A stretch of DNA of 52,458 nt from Candidatus Sigynarchaeum calidifontis (GTDB taxonomy: Archaea; Asgardarchaeota; Lokiarchaeia; Sigyniarchaeales; Sigyniarchaeaceae). Position 1 is the first letter of the stretch; every line of letters begins with the position of its first letter. The DNA is taken from positions 1-52,458 of the forward strand of contig JAUQYZ020000122.1 of NCBI GenBank assembly GCA_030587475.2. Reading direction: 5' to 3'. This document shows, piece after piece, positions 9,945 to 19,603 of this stretch. The translations under genes and the position numbers were made by a program. The notes beneath the pieces were generated by a model. It made no database searches. It had not been told where the DNA came from and was given only the letters and a program-made list of their open reading frames with translations.

Positions 9945-10640
9945 TCAATCCGTGAGCTGGATGAGGCCTTGGCGCGCCAGGGCGAGCATTTTTTCCCGCA
10001 CGGCGGGGACTAACACCGGTAGGGAACCATCCGTGCTTTGGATCAAGCCATTAACCTTCAACCGATTCATATGCCACGTGATGGCCTGGCTGGTCACGCC
10101 GCAGTCAGCCATCACGCTCTTCATGATGCCAGGGTTATCGCTATCCATGGCGAGCGAAGAGAGGATGCGCCGTTCCACCGGCCGCTGCCAAGATGCGAGT
10201 ATGTTTTTCGCAATCCCGTCGAAATGGGCACTTTTCACAAAGAACCGGGTAAAACGGCCATCCCGTTCGCTTGTAACGAGGTTAAAACGTTCCAGGACGC
10301 GTAAATGATATTGGATAACGCCGATTTCCTTGTTCAACCGCCGGCAAATGTCGCGGAAGTGGATGCCCGGATTCGATGCGATCAAGGCAAAGATGCTTTC
10401 ACGGGTACTCGCGTTGCCATCGATCTCGGTCCTCATCACCAAGTTGTTATCGCGATCCGTGATGCGCGTGAACGACGCCGCGATCACGATCGGCACCATC
10501 GTACTGCCCGAAATGGTGATTCCAGCCATTCCTTGGGATTGCACCTTCACCTCGGGTGGCTTGAGAGCGAACAGCACAGGCCAGAACGCCGCGCAGAGCA
10601 CCATGGTCAGCATTATGCGGATCCAGCGTGAATGGTTCAT
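9945..10640 (-). CDS. Membrane-tethered winged-helix transcription regulator (archaeal ArsR/MarR-like double HTH)
   Basis: Two N-terminal hydrophobic segments. HTH regions RESIFALIASNPGIHFRDICRRL...IQYHLRVLE and VTSQAITWHMNRL. Confidence 0.85.
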   Translation of the reverse strand: MNHSRWIRIMLTMVLCAAFWPVLFALKPPEVKVQSQGMAGITISGSTMVPIVIAASFTRITDRDNNLVMRTEIDGNASTRESIFALIASNPGIHFRDICRRLNKEIGVIQYHLRVLERFNLVTSERDGRFTRFFVKSAHFDGIAKNILASWQRPVERRILSSLAMDSDNPGIMKSVMADCGVTSQAITWHMNRLKVNGLIQSTDGSLPVLVPAVREKMLALARQGLIQLTD

Positions 10641-10803
10641 CTTGACCCCTTTGGAAGCATTGCTTCAAAGGATCTTCAGTAACTGCGGGATATTTATACC
10701 ATGTATAGTACAAACGTTAGTAAGACGAAAAAAATGGGCCAATTGGATGCTTCACTCGGACCGGGTAATGTTATTAAACTTGTTTAACGATATCCTTTGG
10801 TGA

Positions 10804-11385
10804 TCAAGATCTTTTGGCCTTCCATTCATCCGAAAACATCTCGAAAACGAGGCCATCGACGTAATGGCCATCGACGAAGATTTCGTCCTTGTTGATCCCT
10901 TGCAATTTGAAACCGAGTTTTCTGGCAACTCCCTGGCTCGCCTTGTTCGGGGAAAAGATGCCAACAAGGACTTTGTGCAAGCCAAGTTCCCCGAACGCGT
11001 AATCCAAGATCAGAGATCCGGCTTCAGTCGCGAACCCTTTTCCCCAGCAAGCCTTGTCGCCGATCAGGAGTCCCATCCAGCAATTCTTATCGGCGTATGA
11101 TATGGCGAAAAGACCGATTGATCCGATGATGCGCTTCTCTTCGATGAGCCAAATGCCGAAGCTCATGGCATCGGACTATTGTGAATAGGTACTGTTGTCG
11201 ACGAGCCATTTTTTCTCCGAATCGAGGGTTTGTGGCATCATGTTCCGGGAATAGTGGCGACATTCGGGATCGTTAACCCACACGAGGAACGGCGGGATGT
11301 CCTTTTCGTCGTGAGGCTGTAAATAGACTAGATGCCCTTTTAAGAAGGGGGCAGTGAGTTGAGGCTTGTTTTGCTCGCCGATCAT
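10804..11385 (-). pseudogene. RimJ/RimL-type GNAT N-acetyltransferase interrupted by one in-frame TAG (11176-11178)
   Basis: ORFs 11176-11385 and 10804-11166 share a frame (...DNSTYSQ*SDAMSFGIW...). Joined they give about 193 aa with WGKGFATEA, YAFGELGLHKV and NKASQGVARKLGF. Confidence 0.8.
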
Positions 11386-11544
11386 GAATGCTCTCCTCGA
11401 TATTCCTTTAATAGCGCCTCGATCTTCCCTCGATTCGCAATCCAATCGTCTTGCATCATCTCGAAAATGAAAGAATCGACGGATTCTTTCCCCGACGGCC
11501 GACGAGGAACGGCATTGCCTTGCTGCTTTGCATGGAGAACGACC

Positions 11545-13029
11545 TCACTCGCCAGCTACGCTCGGACTGCCGAAGGAGATCTTTTTCTTGCACGACGGGC
11601 ACGTGCCACGCAAGCTCACCCACGAATAAAGTTCATCGACGTGGGCCATCGCGCCGCATTCGGGGCATGCGAGCTCGCCGACACGATCGGAATCGTCCTT
11701 GTTCAGCTTGCGCTCGACCTTCCGGGCGAGCTGTATCAAGCGATCTTGCTCGCCAGCACCTTCCTTCCCGTGCGCGTGATCATACCCGCTCGTGACGAGC
11801 ACGTCACCACAGATCATACACTTCACGATCGGCTCGGCGCACTTGGAACACTTGTCGTCGTGGATGAAATCGAGCAGCTGGCCGCACGACGGGCAGTAAT
11901 AGAACTGCGGGGCGAGGCGCATCTGCCGGATGGGAAGCAAGTACTTTTGCTTGAGATGCTCCTTGAACTTCAGCTTGAACTCGGCATGGTAGTAATTATT
12001 GAATATGGTCGTGAATATCAATATCCAGGCGAACACGATGAGAACGAGACTGAGGATCACGATGATGTATCCACCAAGGTTAGAATCGATGATGATGATG
12101 GACGTGAGCAAGATATCCACCGCGGCAAATAATTGTAGTGCCGAATCAAGCCATTCGCCGACATTCTTGGTGTCTCGACTTTTCTTGTTGTGTGCATACA
12201 AGTTGACTTCTTTCGTGATGATGGGAGACACGTACAAGTAAATGATGATCAGTGGAAAGGCGATCAAGATGGCCACGACCGTGATATACGCAGCGTCCCA
12301 CTGGTAAGGCCTGAGATCAGGGATCGTGAAGAAATTCTCGATGACCAGGATGCCGATGCCCAGGACCAAGATGGCCCCGTAGATCGACCGTACGACGGAC
12401 GCTTTAAAGCTCACTTGCTCGCGCTCGCTGGAGTATTCGAAGAAATACATCTTGTCATCGCCCATGGCGCGGTGGAGCTTGAAGTTGAATTCGAGGATGA
12501 AGATCCGCTTCTGGATCAGTTTCAAGAGGGCATAACTCGACAAGATGAAAAGCAAGATTGCGGCAGCCGTGATGACAACGATGAGCACGATGACCTCGTT
12601 GGTGAAGCCCGGGAGCCCGGCAAGCAGCTTGATGTCGACGGATTGGGGATGCCCCTCGGAATCCAATATGTTCAGCGTCACCCAGTAAAATTCGGCCCAT
12701 AAAATAACAAGGATCCCTACTAAAGTGCAAATCGTACCGATCGCGATGCCCACGGCTAGACCCTTCCCACTTTCCCGCTTCTTGCGCAATTTCGTCTTTA
12801 CGAGCGATTCCTTGCGTTTAAAGTCCACGATTTCTACGAGCCCGCAGGTTTTACAACAGAGGATGAAGACGTTATTCCGCTCTTCCTTGAAACTGGGCAT
12901 CTCGTAAATTTTTGGCAGCCGTACCTTCTGATATTTCAATAAATCGTATATGATGGCCTTTCCTTCATCTGAATCGAGCGCGATCTTCTCGACATCACGG
13001 GCCTCGCACGATGGACACTTGAGTGGCAT
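11545..13029 (-). CDS. 6-TM membrane protein with N-terminal Zn ribbon and C-terminal Zn ribbon plus RING-like domain (putative E3 ligase)
   Basis: CPSC...CKTC, six hydrophobic helices, CPSC...CSKC, then CMIC-x(n)-CPEC-x4-HVDE-x3-W-x6-CPSC. Confidence 0.75.
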   Translation of the reverse strand: MPLKCPSCEARDVEKIALDSDEGKAIIYDLLKYQKVRLPKIYEMPSFKEERNNVFILCCKTCGLVEIVDFKRKESLVKTKLRKKRESGKGLAVGIAIGTICTLVGILVILWAEFYWVTLNILDSEGHPQSVDIKLLAGLPGFTNEVIVLIVVITAAAILLFILSSYALLKLIQKRIFILEFNFKLHRAMGDDKMYFFEYSSEREQVSFKASVVRSIYGAILVLGIGILVIENFFTIPDLRPYQWDAAYITVVAILIAFPLIIIYLYVSPIITKEVNLYAHNKKSRDTKNVGEWLDSALQLFAAVDILLTSIIIIDSNLGGYIIVILSLVLIVFAWILIFTTIFNNYYHAEFKLKFKEHLKQKYLLPIRQMRLAPQFYYCPSCGQLLDFIHDDKCSKCAEPIVKCMICGDVLVTSGYDHAHGKEGAGEQDRLIQLARKVERKLNKDDSDRVGELACPECGAMAHVDELYSWVSLRGTCPSCKKKISFGSPSVAGE

Positions 13030-13113
13030 AGTAGGTCTGGAAAAAAGTTGTGTTATAGGATTTGTGTAGGCGCGGTGGCCATTTAACCATTCATTCGAGC
13101 ATCGAAAAGGGAT

Positions 13114-14208
13114 TCAACGCCGCGGTATGCAATTTTCCTCGAAAGCCTCGCAGATGGCTTGAATATTTTCAAGAGGAATGGCAGGATCACCAATTTCAGC
13201 TTTCATCATGAATCCACCTTCTGGCGAGCTCAGCAGCGCGACTGCTTGCTTGATCATGCCCTTGATTTGCTCGGGAGACATGAACGGGAAGCCTTGCCGG
13301 TCGAGGTCGAGATCAATGCACATTTTTCCCTTGTAATGTTTCTGGATGCCCTCGATCGTGTTTGCACGCTGCTGGGGGTCGTGCGTGGTCACGCCCACCT
13401 CGACGAGGTCGTCGACGATGTCGAGCAGGTACCCGTCCGAGGAAAGGTACACGGGCACGCCGGCATCCTTGCAAGGCGCGAAGATCGCCGCGTACATGGG
13501 CTTGATGTGCTTTCGGAAGGATCGCGGGCTGATCATCAGCCGGTCTTGCATGCCGATGTCCGTGTGAAAGCTCATCTGGTCAACACCGACGGAAAGCCAT
13601 TTTTTGACGAGGACGAGCTCGTGCTCTATGAACCGGTTGATTAAAACCTGGAGATTCGGGTCGTTCGAGGCGATGTCGTGCATGAGGTTGTCGAATCCAC
13701 GAAGAAAATAGAGCCGGTCGAATAACCGCTCGCCGCTGCCACTAAACAAGATGCCCGTCTTGTTCGCGAGCCACGAGCCGAGTTTTACCACGTGCCAGCT
13801 CGCCCGCTTGCCGCGTTCTGTATACTTGAGAGGATCGGGAAACTGGTAAGTGGCAAGCGCGCTCCAATTTGCGAGCGGATGCACGATCACCTGGCCTTCA
13901 TATCCCTCGTGCACGACCTGCCACGTACAACCCCAGTTGTCCGAGTGCAGACCGACCTTGTGCCAGTCGGATATCCGGTCGTAATTAAACCGCTTGTTGA
14001 GGATCTTGGAACCGAAAATGAACGGGTGCTTCTCGACGATCGCGGCGAGGCGTTCCCGGTACTTCCGCCACACCGCGCCGTAGATGCTCATGCTGCACGG
14101 TATCCATTCGGGGCTTTGAAACTTGACCGCTTTCAAGTAATTCGTCTTGTCCGACTTGTTGGGATAGACTGCGCGCCAATCATGCGGGTCGTTTTTCCTT
14201 CGGGTCAT
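13114..14208 (-). CDS. Uroporphyrinogen decarboxylase (URO-D)/MtaA-CmuA superfamily protein
   Basis: Motifs DNWGCTW, FLRGFDNLMHDI, DIGMQDRLMISPRSFRKHIKP, SSDG and IPLENIQAI. Confidence 0.85.
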   Translation of the reverse strand: MTRRKNDPHDWRAVYPNKSDKTNYLKAVKFQSPEWIPCSMSIYGAVWRKYRERLAAIVEKHPFIFGSKILNKRFNYDRISDWHKVGLHSDNWGCTWQVVHEGYEGQVIVHPLANWSALATYQFPDPLKYTERGKRASWHVVKLGSWLANKTGILFSGSGERLFDRLYFLRGFDNLMHDIASNDPNLQVLINRFIEHELVLVKKWLSVGVDQMSFHTDIGMQDRLMISPRSFRKHIKPMYAAIFAPCKDAGVPVYLSSDGYLLDIVDDLVEVGVTTHDPQQRANTIEGIQKHYKGKMCIDLDLDRQGFPFMSPEQIKGMIKQAVALLSSPEGGFMMKAEIGDPAIPLENIQAICEAFEENCIPRR

Positions 14209-14253
14209 TTCGTTTCACGTTCTGGAAGGGAGCCGGTGCATTTCAAGCAAGCA

Positions 14254-15237
14254 CTATAACACATCGGGAGGCCGTGTTTCCTTGCGAACAGGATCTGATG
14301 CACTGGCCTCCTTTCCTTGCCACAACAAGCCAAAGAGGCCAGCGAACGAGGCTGCCATTCCGACGACATGGTACCATTGGATGGGACTACCGAGTAATGT
14401 TACCGCGAGCAATGCCGTGACGATGGGGCTCGGGATGCCGATCCCCGTTGCGAGGCTCATGTCGATGCGTTGTAGGGCTTTATACCAGCAGTAGTGCATC
14501 GCCGCGTAGTTGGTACCCATTAGAATCATGAAGATCAAGTACGAACCGTTCGTGATCTGCCACGCGCTGCTTCCCCCGGTCGCGAGGAGATACACGACAA
14601 GGAGAATCGTGCCGGAGATGCTCGTGCGGATAGCGATCATCTGCGTCGCACTGACTATCCCCCGCGTGAGCAATTTCTTGGACAACGCGTGTCCGACGCT
14701 CCAGAATGCCGGAGGGACGAGTAACAAGATGGCACCGATCGAAAGCTCGCCGAGTGAAAAAGTACCCTTGGTCGCAACGAAGATCACGGCAACGAGCATC
14801 AAGGCGATGCACGCCACGTGCCGCCACGTGAGCCGTTCGCCGAGGAAAAAATAACCGATGATGACCGATGAAATGGGCATGGTTTTCATCGCCACCGAGC
14901 CCGTCGTAGGATCCGACATTGAAAGGCCAACCACGAGAAGATACGTGGCGACCGCAAAGATTGCGCCGATCAGAACAAACCAGATCCAGTACCGTCGCCA
15001 GTTAACCTTGGAGCTCAAGAACTCGCGCATCGGTTTGCTGTTGTGTCGCTGTTCGAGGAATACAAATGGCGTGATGGTCGCCAGCTCGACCACGACCGTC
15101 ATGAGCGTGAACAAGATTTCCTCCAGGTCGGACGGGCGGGCGTTGTTAATAACGGGGAGGAAACCATTTCCCAGGAGCACGACCAACGCGTACACTATCC
15201 CGGCAGCCGCGAAGCGGGGTTTTGTGCTTGCATTCAT
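14254..15237 (-). CDS. DMT/EamA family transporter
   Basis: About 10 TM helices in two repeats, with FFLGERLT and LLGSPIQWYHVVG. Confidence 0.88.
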   Translation of the reverse strand: MNASTKPRFAAAGIVYALVVLLGNGFLPVINNARPSDLEEILFTLMTVVVELATITPFVFLEQRHNSKPMREFLSSKVNWRRYWIWFVLIGAIFAVATYLLVVGLSMSDPTTGSVAMKTMPISSVIIGYFFLGERLTWRHVACIALMLVAVIFVATKGTFSLGELSIGAILLLVPPAFWSVGHALSKKLLTRGIVSATQMIAIRTSISGTILLVVYLLATGGSSAWQITNGSYLIFMILMGTNYAAMHYCWYKALQRIDMSLATGIGIPSPIVTALLAVTLLGSPIQWYHVVGMAASFAGLFGLLWQGKEASASDPVRKETRPPDVL

Positions 15238-15314
15238 CGACGTGAGTCGAAAAACGCGCCCTTACCTATGAATGGATGGTCGCGGTTAAATAACGTGCCG
15301 CCATACATCCCGTG

Positions 15315-16181
15315 ATGGCGTCCAAGAGAATTAGGCTCAAGAGTTTTCCCGCGGCCATGTTCGCGGAACAGTACAGCGCGGGATGCAAGGAGCTTGTCCA
15401 GGCTCGCCAAGTCCAAGTGCGCGCGTTACGCAGCAAGAAGCACGCAACCGTGGAGATATCCCTATGCAATGACGAAAAAGAAAACGAGACACAAACTCGA
15501 AACATCATCATCGCGAAATATTTCCCGGATGCGGACAAGGAACTGTTGTGCCAGGAATCCATGGTGTATGCCCACGCCGCGAGCGCTGGCATCCCCGTTC
15601 CGAAAATCTTGCACGTTCTTGATAATTTCATCGTGCTGGAGCGCGTGAACGGGACCATACTCATGGACTTGATCAACGATAACAACGTTCCCCTGGAACA
15701 GAAAAAGGATGCAATTCTAAGCCTTGGTGCTTGGTTAGGTTCTTTCCACGTCGCATTCGCTACCCACCCTAGCGTCCGGCGAAGAGGGGATGCGAACCTC
15801 AGGAATTTCATCATGGCAGCTACTGGCACCATCATCGGCCTCGATTTCGAGGAAGCAAGCCTGGAAAATCCGTTGAATGACTTGCACGAGGTTTTTGATT
15901 CAGTCTTGCAATCGAACCCCGGCATCTACACGGACCCGTTAATGGTCATCGGGTGGAAGTTCGACTTGTACGAATGCCTGCTCCGTGGTTATGCCAAGGC
16001 TGTAAGAAAACCATTGAATAACATCATCGGCGATCCCGAGGGGTTCATCGATGCCCAACTGCAAGTCATGTTGGATCTCGCTGCCATCAGGGGAAGCACC
16101 CGTGCTTTGCTACCGCTTGTGCCAGAGATAAAAAATGAACTCGCATTCCGCGTGTCCATGCAATTAACAAGAAGAGGCTGA
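15315..16181 (+). CDS. Atypical kinase/phosphotransferase (Bud32/RIO/Kdo/APH-like)
   Basis: Motifs IIAKYF, GIPVPKIL, IVLERVNG, RGDANLRNFI and GLDFEE. Its 3' end overlaps tupC. Confidence 0.8.
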   Translation: MASKRIRLKSFPAAMFAEQYSAGCKELVQARQVQVRALRSKKHATVEISLCNDEKENETQTRNIIIAKYFPDADKELLCQESMVYAHAASAGIPVPKILHVLDNFIVLERVNGTILMDLINDNNVPLEQKKDAILSLGAWLGSFHVAFATHPSVRRRGDANLRNFIMAATGTIIGLDFEEASLENPLNDLHEVFDSVLQSNPGIYTDPLMVIGWKFDLYECLLRGYAKAVRKPLNNIIGDPEGFIDAQLQVMLDLAAIRGSTRALLPLVPEIKNELAFRVSMQLTRRG

Positions 16182-16976
16182 TGAAGAACCTTTCGCTTGC
16201 GTCTCGCCGCCTTCGAGATGCCTGTCCAACAAGATCTCGCCGTTGACGAACTTCCTCGCGATGTCACTTTTCGGGCGGTTGAAGAACTCATCCTTTTCGA
16301 CGGCCTCGATCATTTCGCCCTTGAAGAGAAGCACGATATCATCGGCCAGGCGGCGCGCTTGAAACAAGTCGTGGGTGGACATCAAGAGAATCGTGCGTCC
16401 CTCGGCACGCAAATCCTTGAGATATTGCTCGACCATGTAGGACGCTTCTGGATCGATCGACGCGGTTGGCTCGTCGAGCATAAGCAAGTGGGGTTCGGTC
16501 ACGAGGGCCCTTACCAAGCCAACTCTCTTCCGCTCGCCACTCGAAAGCCGGAAAGGCTTTTTTTCCGCGATATCCGCGAGGCCGAACCTTTCAATGGCGC
16601 TTTGCACGATCTGGTTGATTTTACTTCCCTCGACCTTGCGCATCTTGAGAGGTACGGCCAGGTTTTGGCGGATGCTCATATTAAAGAAATAAGGCTCTTG
16701 CATGACGAAACCTATCGACTGGCGCCATTCCCGCGATTCTGCTGCATTCAGCGACAAGATATCCTTATCCCCTGCCATTATCTTGCCAGAATTCGCACGC
16801 ATTAACAAGTCGATGATCTTGAAAAGGGTCGTCTTCCCCGCCCCGTTCGGGCCGATGACCGCCGTTATACGTCCCATCCTCGCGCACATGCACACGTTTT
16901 TCAGCGCGGGCTTCCGGTCGTATCGAAAACAGAGGTTCTCGATCCGAATCTCGTCATAATTCACGTTCACCATCAT
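16164..16976 (-). CDS. tupC: Tungstate ABC transporter ATP-binding protein
   Basis: Walker A GPNGAGKT, LSSGE, LMLDEPT and STHD. ATGA overlap with the permease. Confidence 0.88.
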   Translation of the reverse strand: MMVNVNYDEIRIENLCFRYDRKPALKNVCMCARMGRITAVIGPNGAGKTTLFKIIDLLMRANSGKIMAGDKDILSLNAAESREWRQSIGFVMQEPYFFNMSIRQNLAVPLKMRKVEGSKINQIVQSAIERFGLADIAEKKPFRLSSGERKRVGLVRALVTEPHLLMLDEPTASIDPEASYMVEQYLKDLRAEGRTILLMSTHDLFQARRLADDIVLLFKGEMIEAVEKDEFFNRPKSDIARKFVNGEILLDRHLEGGETQAKGSSSASSC

Positions 16977-17626
16977 AACCGCCTTGCCCGCATTTGCAAG
17001 ATAGTGAGCGCAAACATGATGATGAACGTGGTGATGATGAGGATCAGCCCAGTTAAAAGTGCATCTCCTGCCCGTCCCTGGCCCGTGTAGGTGACGATGG
17101 CCGTTGTCATCGTTTGAGTGAAGAACGAGATGTTGCCGCCAACGATCATGCTAGCACCAACCTCTGAGAGGTTCTGGCCGAAACCAACTATGACCCCGCT
17201 CAAGACGGGAACGAGGTTCTCGGAAAAGACGTTCTCGTAGACATCGGATCTGCTTCCCCCGAGGGCAAGCGTGGTTTCTATGATCTTTTTGCTATGGTTG
17301 GTAATAGAAGATAACGTGATGCCAGTAATGATGGGAATACAGAGCAAGCATTGCGCGATGATGATTGCGGTTGGTGTATATATGAGGTGGAGAAAACCGA
17401 GCGGGCCAGCCTTGGAGAGGAGCAAGTAAACGAGAACCCCCATCACGACCGGGGGAAAACCCATGAATGAATTTGTAAGGTTGATGATGATGGTCTTGCC
17501 CTTGAACTCGCGCATGCCCATGAATATACCGAGAGGGATAGCAATGGCAGCCGCAATGGCCGTCGCTATCGCGGAAACCCCAAATGAAAAGCCAAGCAAG
17601 GGCATTATTTCAGATTGCCAGCTCAT
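16973..17626 (-). CDS. tupB: Tungstate ABC transporter permease
   Basis: NSFMGFPPVVMGVLVYLLLS-GPLG, SEVGASMIVGGNI and TMTTAIV. Confidence 0.9.
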   Translation of the reverse strand: MSWQSEIMPLLGFSFGVSAIATAIAAAIAIPLGIFMGMREFKGKTIIINLTNSFMGFPPVVMGVLVYLLLSKAGPLGFLHLIYTPTAIIIAQCLLCIPIITGITLSSITNHSKKIIETTLALGGSRSDVYENVFSENLVPVLSGVIVGFGQNLSEVGASMIVGGNISFFTQTMTTAIVTYTGQGRAGDALLTGLILIITTFIIMFALTILQMRARRL

Positions 17627-17732
17627 CAATCACGCCCGCTATCCGGGTCTTTTGATTCGATCGAAATATACTAGAAAACATTACGTGCCTTTTACGAATG
17701 AAAATAAAGGAACCAAATTAATCCTTATGATC

Positions 17733-18680
17733 CTATACCAGCGAGAACATGCCCAATTCCTTGACCTTGGCATTCCACCAGTCGAGGTCAGCTTGCGTAG
17801 AATTGCACACGGTATATTGAGGCGCCGTGTTGTTCCAGCAACAAGTGAAAAGCGGGTGGCCATTTATCATGAATGTCTCGATCTTGTGTTTTACATGGCC
17901 ACTCAAGCAAAATGCGACGAACTTTTCGGCAAGCGCCTGGTTCGTACCGGGATGCTTCGTGGAATTCACGAGGATGAACGAGTACGGGTTGATCAGGTCT
18001 GCATCGCCCGAGGACAAGACAGAAAAACCAGTCAAGCTGCTTTCAAACGCGTACCATGTGCCTTGATCAGAAAGCGTGTACCCGTTCTTCTCCCAAGCCA
18101 ATGTCAACGTCGCCCCCATGCCTGCGTTTGCGCACACGTACCAGGCGTTCTCGGTGGGATTCGGCCGCCCAGACGGGGGCGCTTTGTCCCAAATGGCTTT
18201 CTCCTTGGAGTGTGTCCCGGAGCTGTCATTCCGGCTCACGAAAGGGTGAGCAATCGTGCAATTATAATACATGTCCACGAACGCTCGAGTGATGTTAGTA
18301 TCATGAACGCGTGCAGGATCCGTCGACGGTCCAACGAGGATGAAGCTGTTGTACATGAAGCAGGCCCGGTGATAACCATGGCCGGCCTCGATCCATGCCA
18401 TCTCAGCCGGATAGGAATGCACCAGGATCAAGTCTGCGTCGCCATTCGTCCCGTCCGCGATCGCCGCGCCGGTACCTTTGGAAGAAAGCCGGACATCCAC
18501 GCCAAACCTTTTCTCAAAGTCGGGAATGATTACATCCATCAAGCCGGAGTCGTTCACGGAAGTGGTCGTCGACAAGCGGAGCACGGGGACGGGAGATAGC
18601 ATTATTCCCGCGGTGATCGCGGCCATAATTCCCGCTCCGATAATGCCGATGAGGATCACGGCTTTTAGTTTGTTTTCCAT
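17733..18680 (-). CDS. tupA: Tungstate ABC transporter substrate-binding protein
   Basis: TupA signature LSTTTSVNDSGL, plus GTGAA, LVHS, MYNSFILVGP, FVSRNDSSGTHSKE and GMGATL. N-terminal membrane anchor. Confidence 0.92.
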   Translation of the reverse strand: MENKLKAVILIGIIGAGIMAAITAGIMLSPVPVLRLSTTTSVNDSGLMDVIIPDFEKRFGVDVRLSSKGTGAAIADGTNGDADLILVHSYPAEMAWIEAGHGYHRACFMYNSFILVGPSTDPARVHDTNITRAFVDMYYNCTIAHPFVSRNDSSGTHSKEKAIWDKAPPSGRPNPTENAWYVCANAGMGATLTLAWEKNGYTLSDQGTWYAFESSLTGFSVLSSGDADLINPYSFILVNSTKHPGTNQALAEKFVAFCLSGHVKHKIETFMINGHPLFTCCWNNTAPQYTVCNSTQADLDWWNAKVKELGMFSLV

Positions 18681-18721
18681 GCGTAATTCAACCCAAGACA
18701 ATTGACATAGAATATCCCGCC

Positions 18722-18771
18722 CGATGTGTGCGATCGAACATAACGACTTCTTATGTTTCTCGTTATTTAAA
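18722..18771 (-). promoter_or_regulatory. tupABC promoter: TATA-like TTTAAATA (18764-18771, minus strand) and ModE-like 24-bp box (18722-18745)
   Basis: CG-a-TGTGTG-N6-AACATA-a-CG has ModE-box geometry. It overlaps an inverted repeat AACATAA-N7-TTATGTT at 18737-18757. Confidence 0.5.
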
Positions 18772-18906
18772 AAATTTTTTTACCCGGCAGGTCATAAAAT
18801 GGCGCCTTTCCCGGAAATGAATCAATTAAAATCAAGAAAGTTCATAGAATGAAAAAGTAAACCCTAATTTCAAGAAAATAAGCATTGATAAAAAAGATCG
18901 GATGCA

Positions 18907-19497
18907 TTATCCCGATTTTTCTATTTTTTTTTTCTTGCCAGGAGCCGCCTTGCCCCATCCGGTCAAGCCGGCCATGTAGTTCCAGCAATCCGATTCGACC
19001 GCCATCGTTCTTTGATCCATCGTGGCGATCATCTTCATGAAAGCGGCGGGCGTGAGCCAAAAATGCTGGATGTCCTCGGTCTGCTCCATCTCGGTCTTGC
19101 CGACGGCGGCCGGGTCCACCATGCAAGAAACGACTGTCGTGGTTTCCGACGTGAGGCCGGCACTTTTCGGCATGAACATGCTCGTGGCCACCACCTTCCC
19201 GTCGTACCCGGTCTCCTCCTTGAGTTCCCGCAGCGCCGCGACCTCGGCAGACTCGCCAGCGTCGACGAGCCCCGCGGGGAAGCTGATGACCACCTTGTTC
19301 ACGGGAACGCGTGGTTGCGAGATAAAGAGATATTTGTTGCTTCCCTTTGCTTTACAAACCACGGTAACGACCATGGTATCCTTCTGGCGCTCGATGTACT
19401 GCCATTTCTGCTCGGCGCCGGTCTTGTCGAGATAAATTGCCTCCTTGAACGATAACCACTTGGTGCCGGCGATCTCCTTAATTTCTTTAACCTTCAT
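18907..19497 (-). CDS. NUDIX hydrolase (ADP-ribose pyrophosphatase-like)
   Basis: Nudix box FPAGLVDAGESAEVAALRELKEETGY. Confidence 0.92.
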   Translation of the reverse strand: MKVKEIKEIAGTKWLSFKEAIYLDKTGAEQKWQYIERQKDTMVVTVVCKAKGSNKYLFISQPRVPVNKVVISFPAGLVDAGESAEVAALRELKEETGYDGKVVATSMFMPKSAGLTSETTTVVSCMVDPAAVGKTEMEQTEDIQHFWLTPAAFMKMIATMDQRTMAVESDCWNYMAGLTGWGKAAPGKKKKIEKSG

Positions 19498-19603
19498 AGT
19501 TAATTCATGCCCCCGAACATGTGTCGTTAGGAATCGATCCACGCGCCGGGTTCATAAACATGCCGGAAAAGAAAAAGGAGCGATCGAGAGGGAGCTTTGC
19601 CGC

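Noticed and set aside
17463-18599. Long antisense ORFs (also 11359-12132, 25207-26202, 41454-42305, 44678-45796)
   Set aside because: They shadow well-supported genes on the opposite strand, as expected with GC-rich third positions, and carry no motifs.
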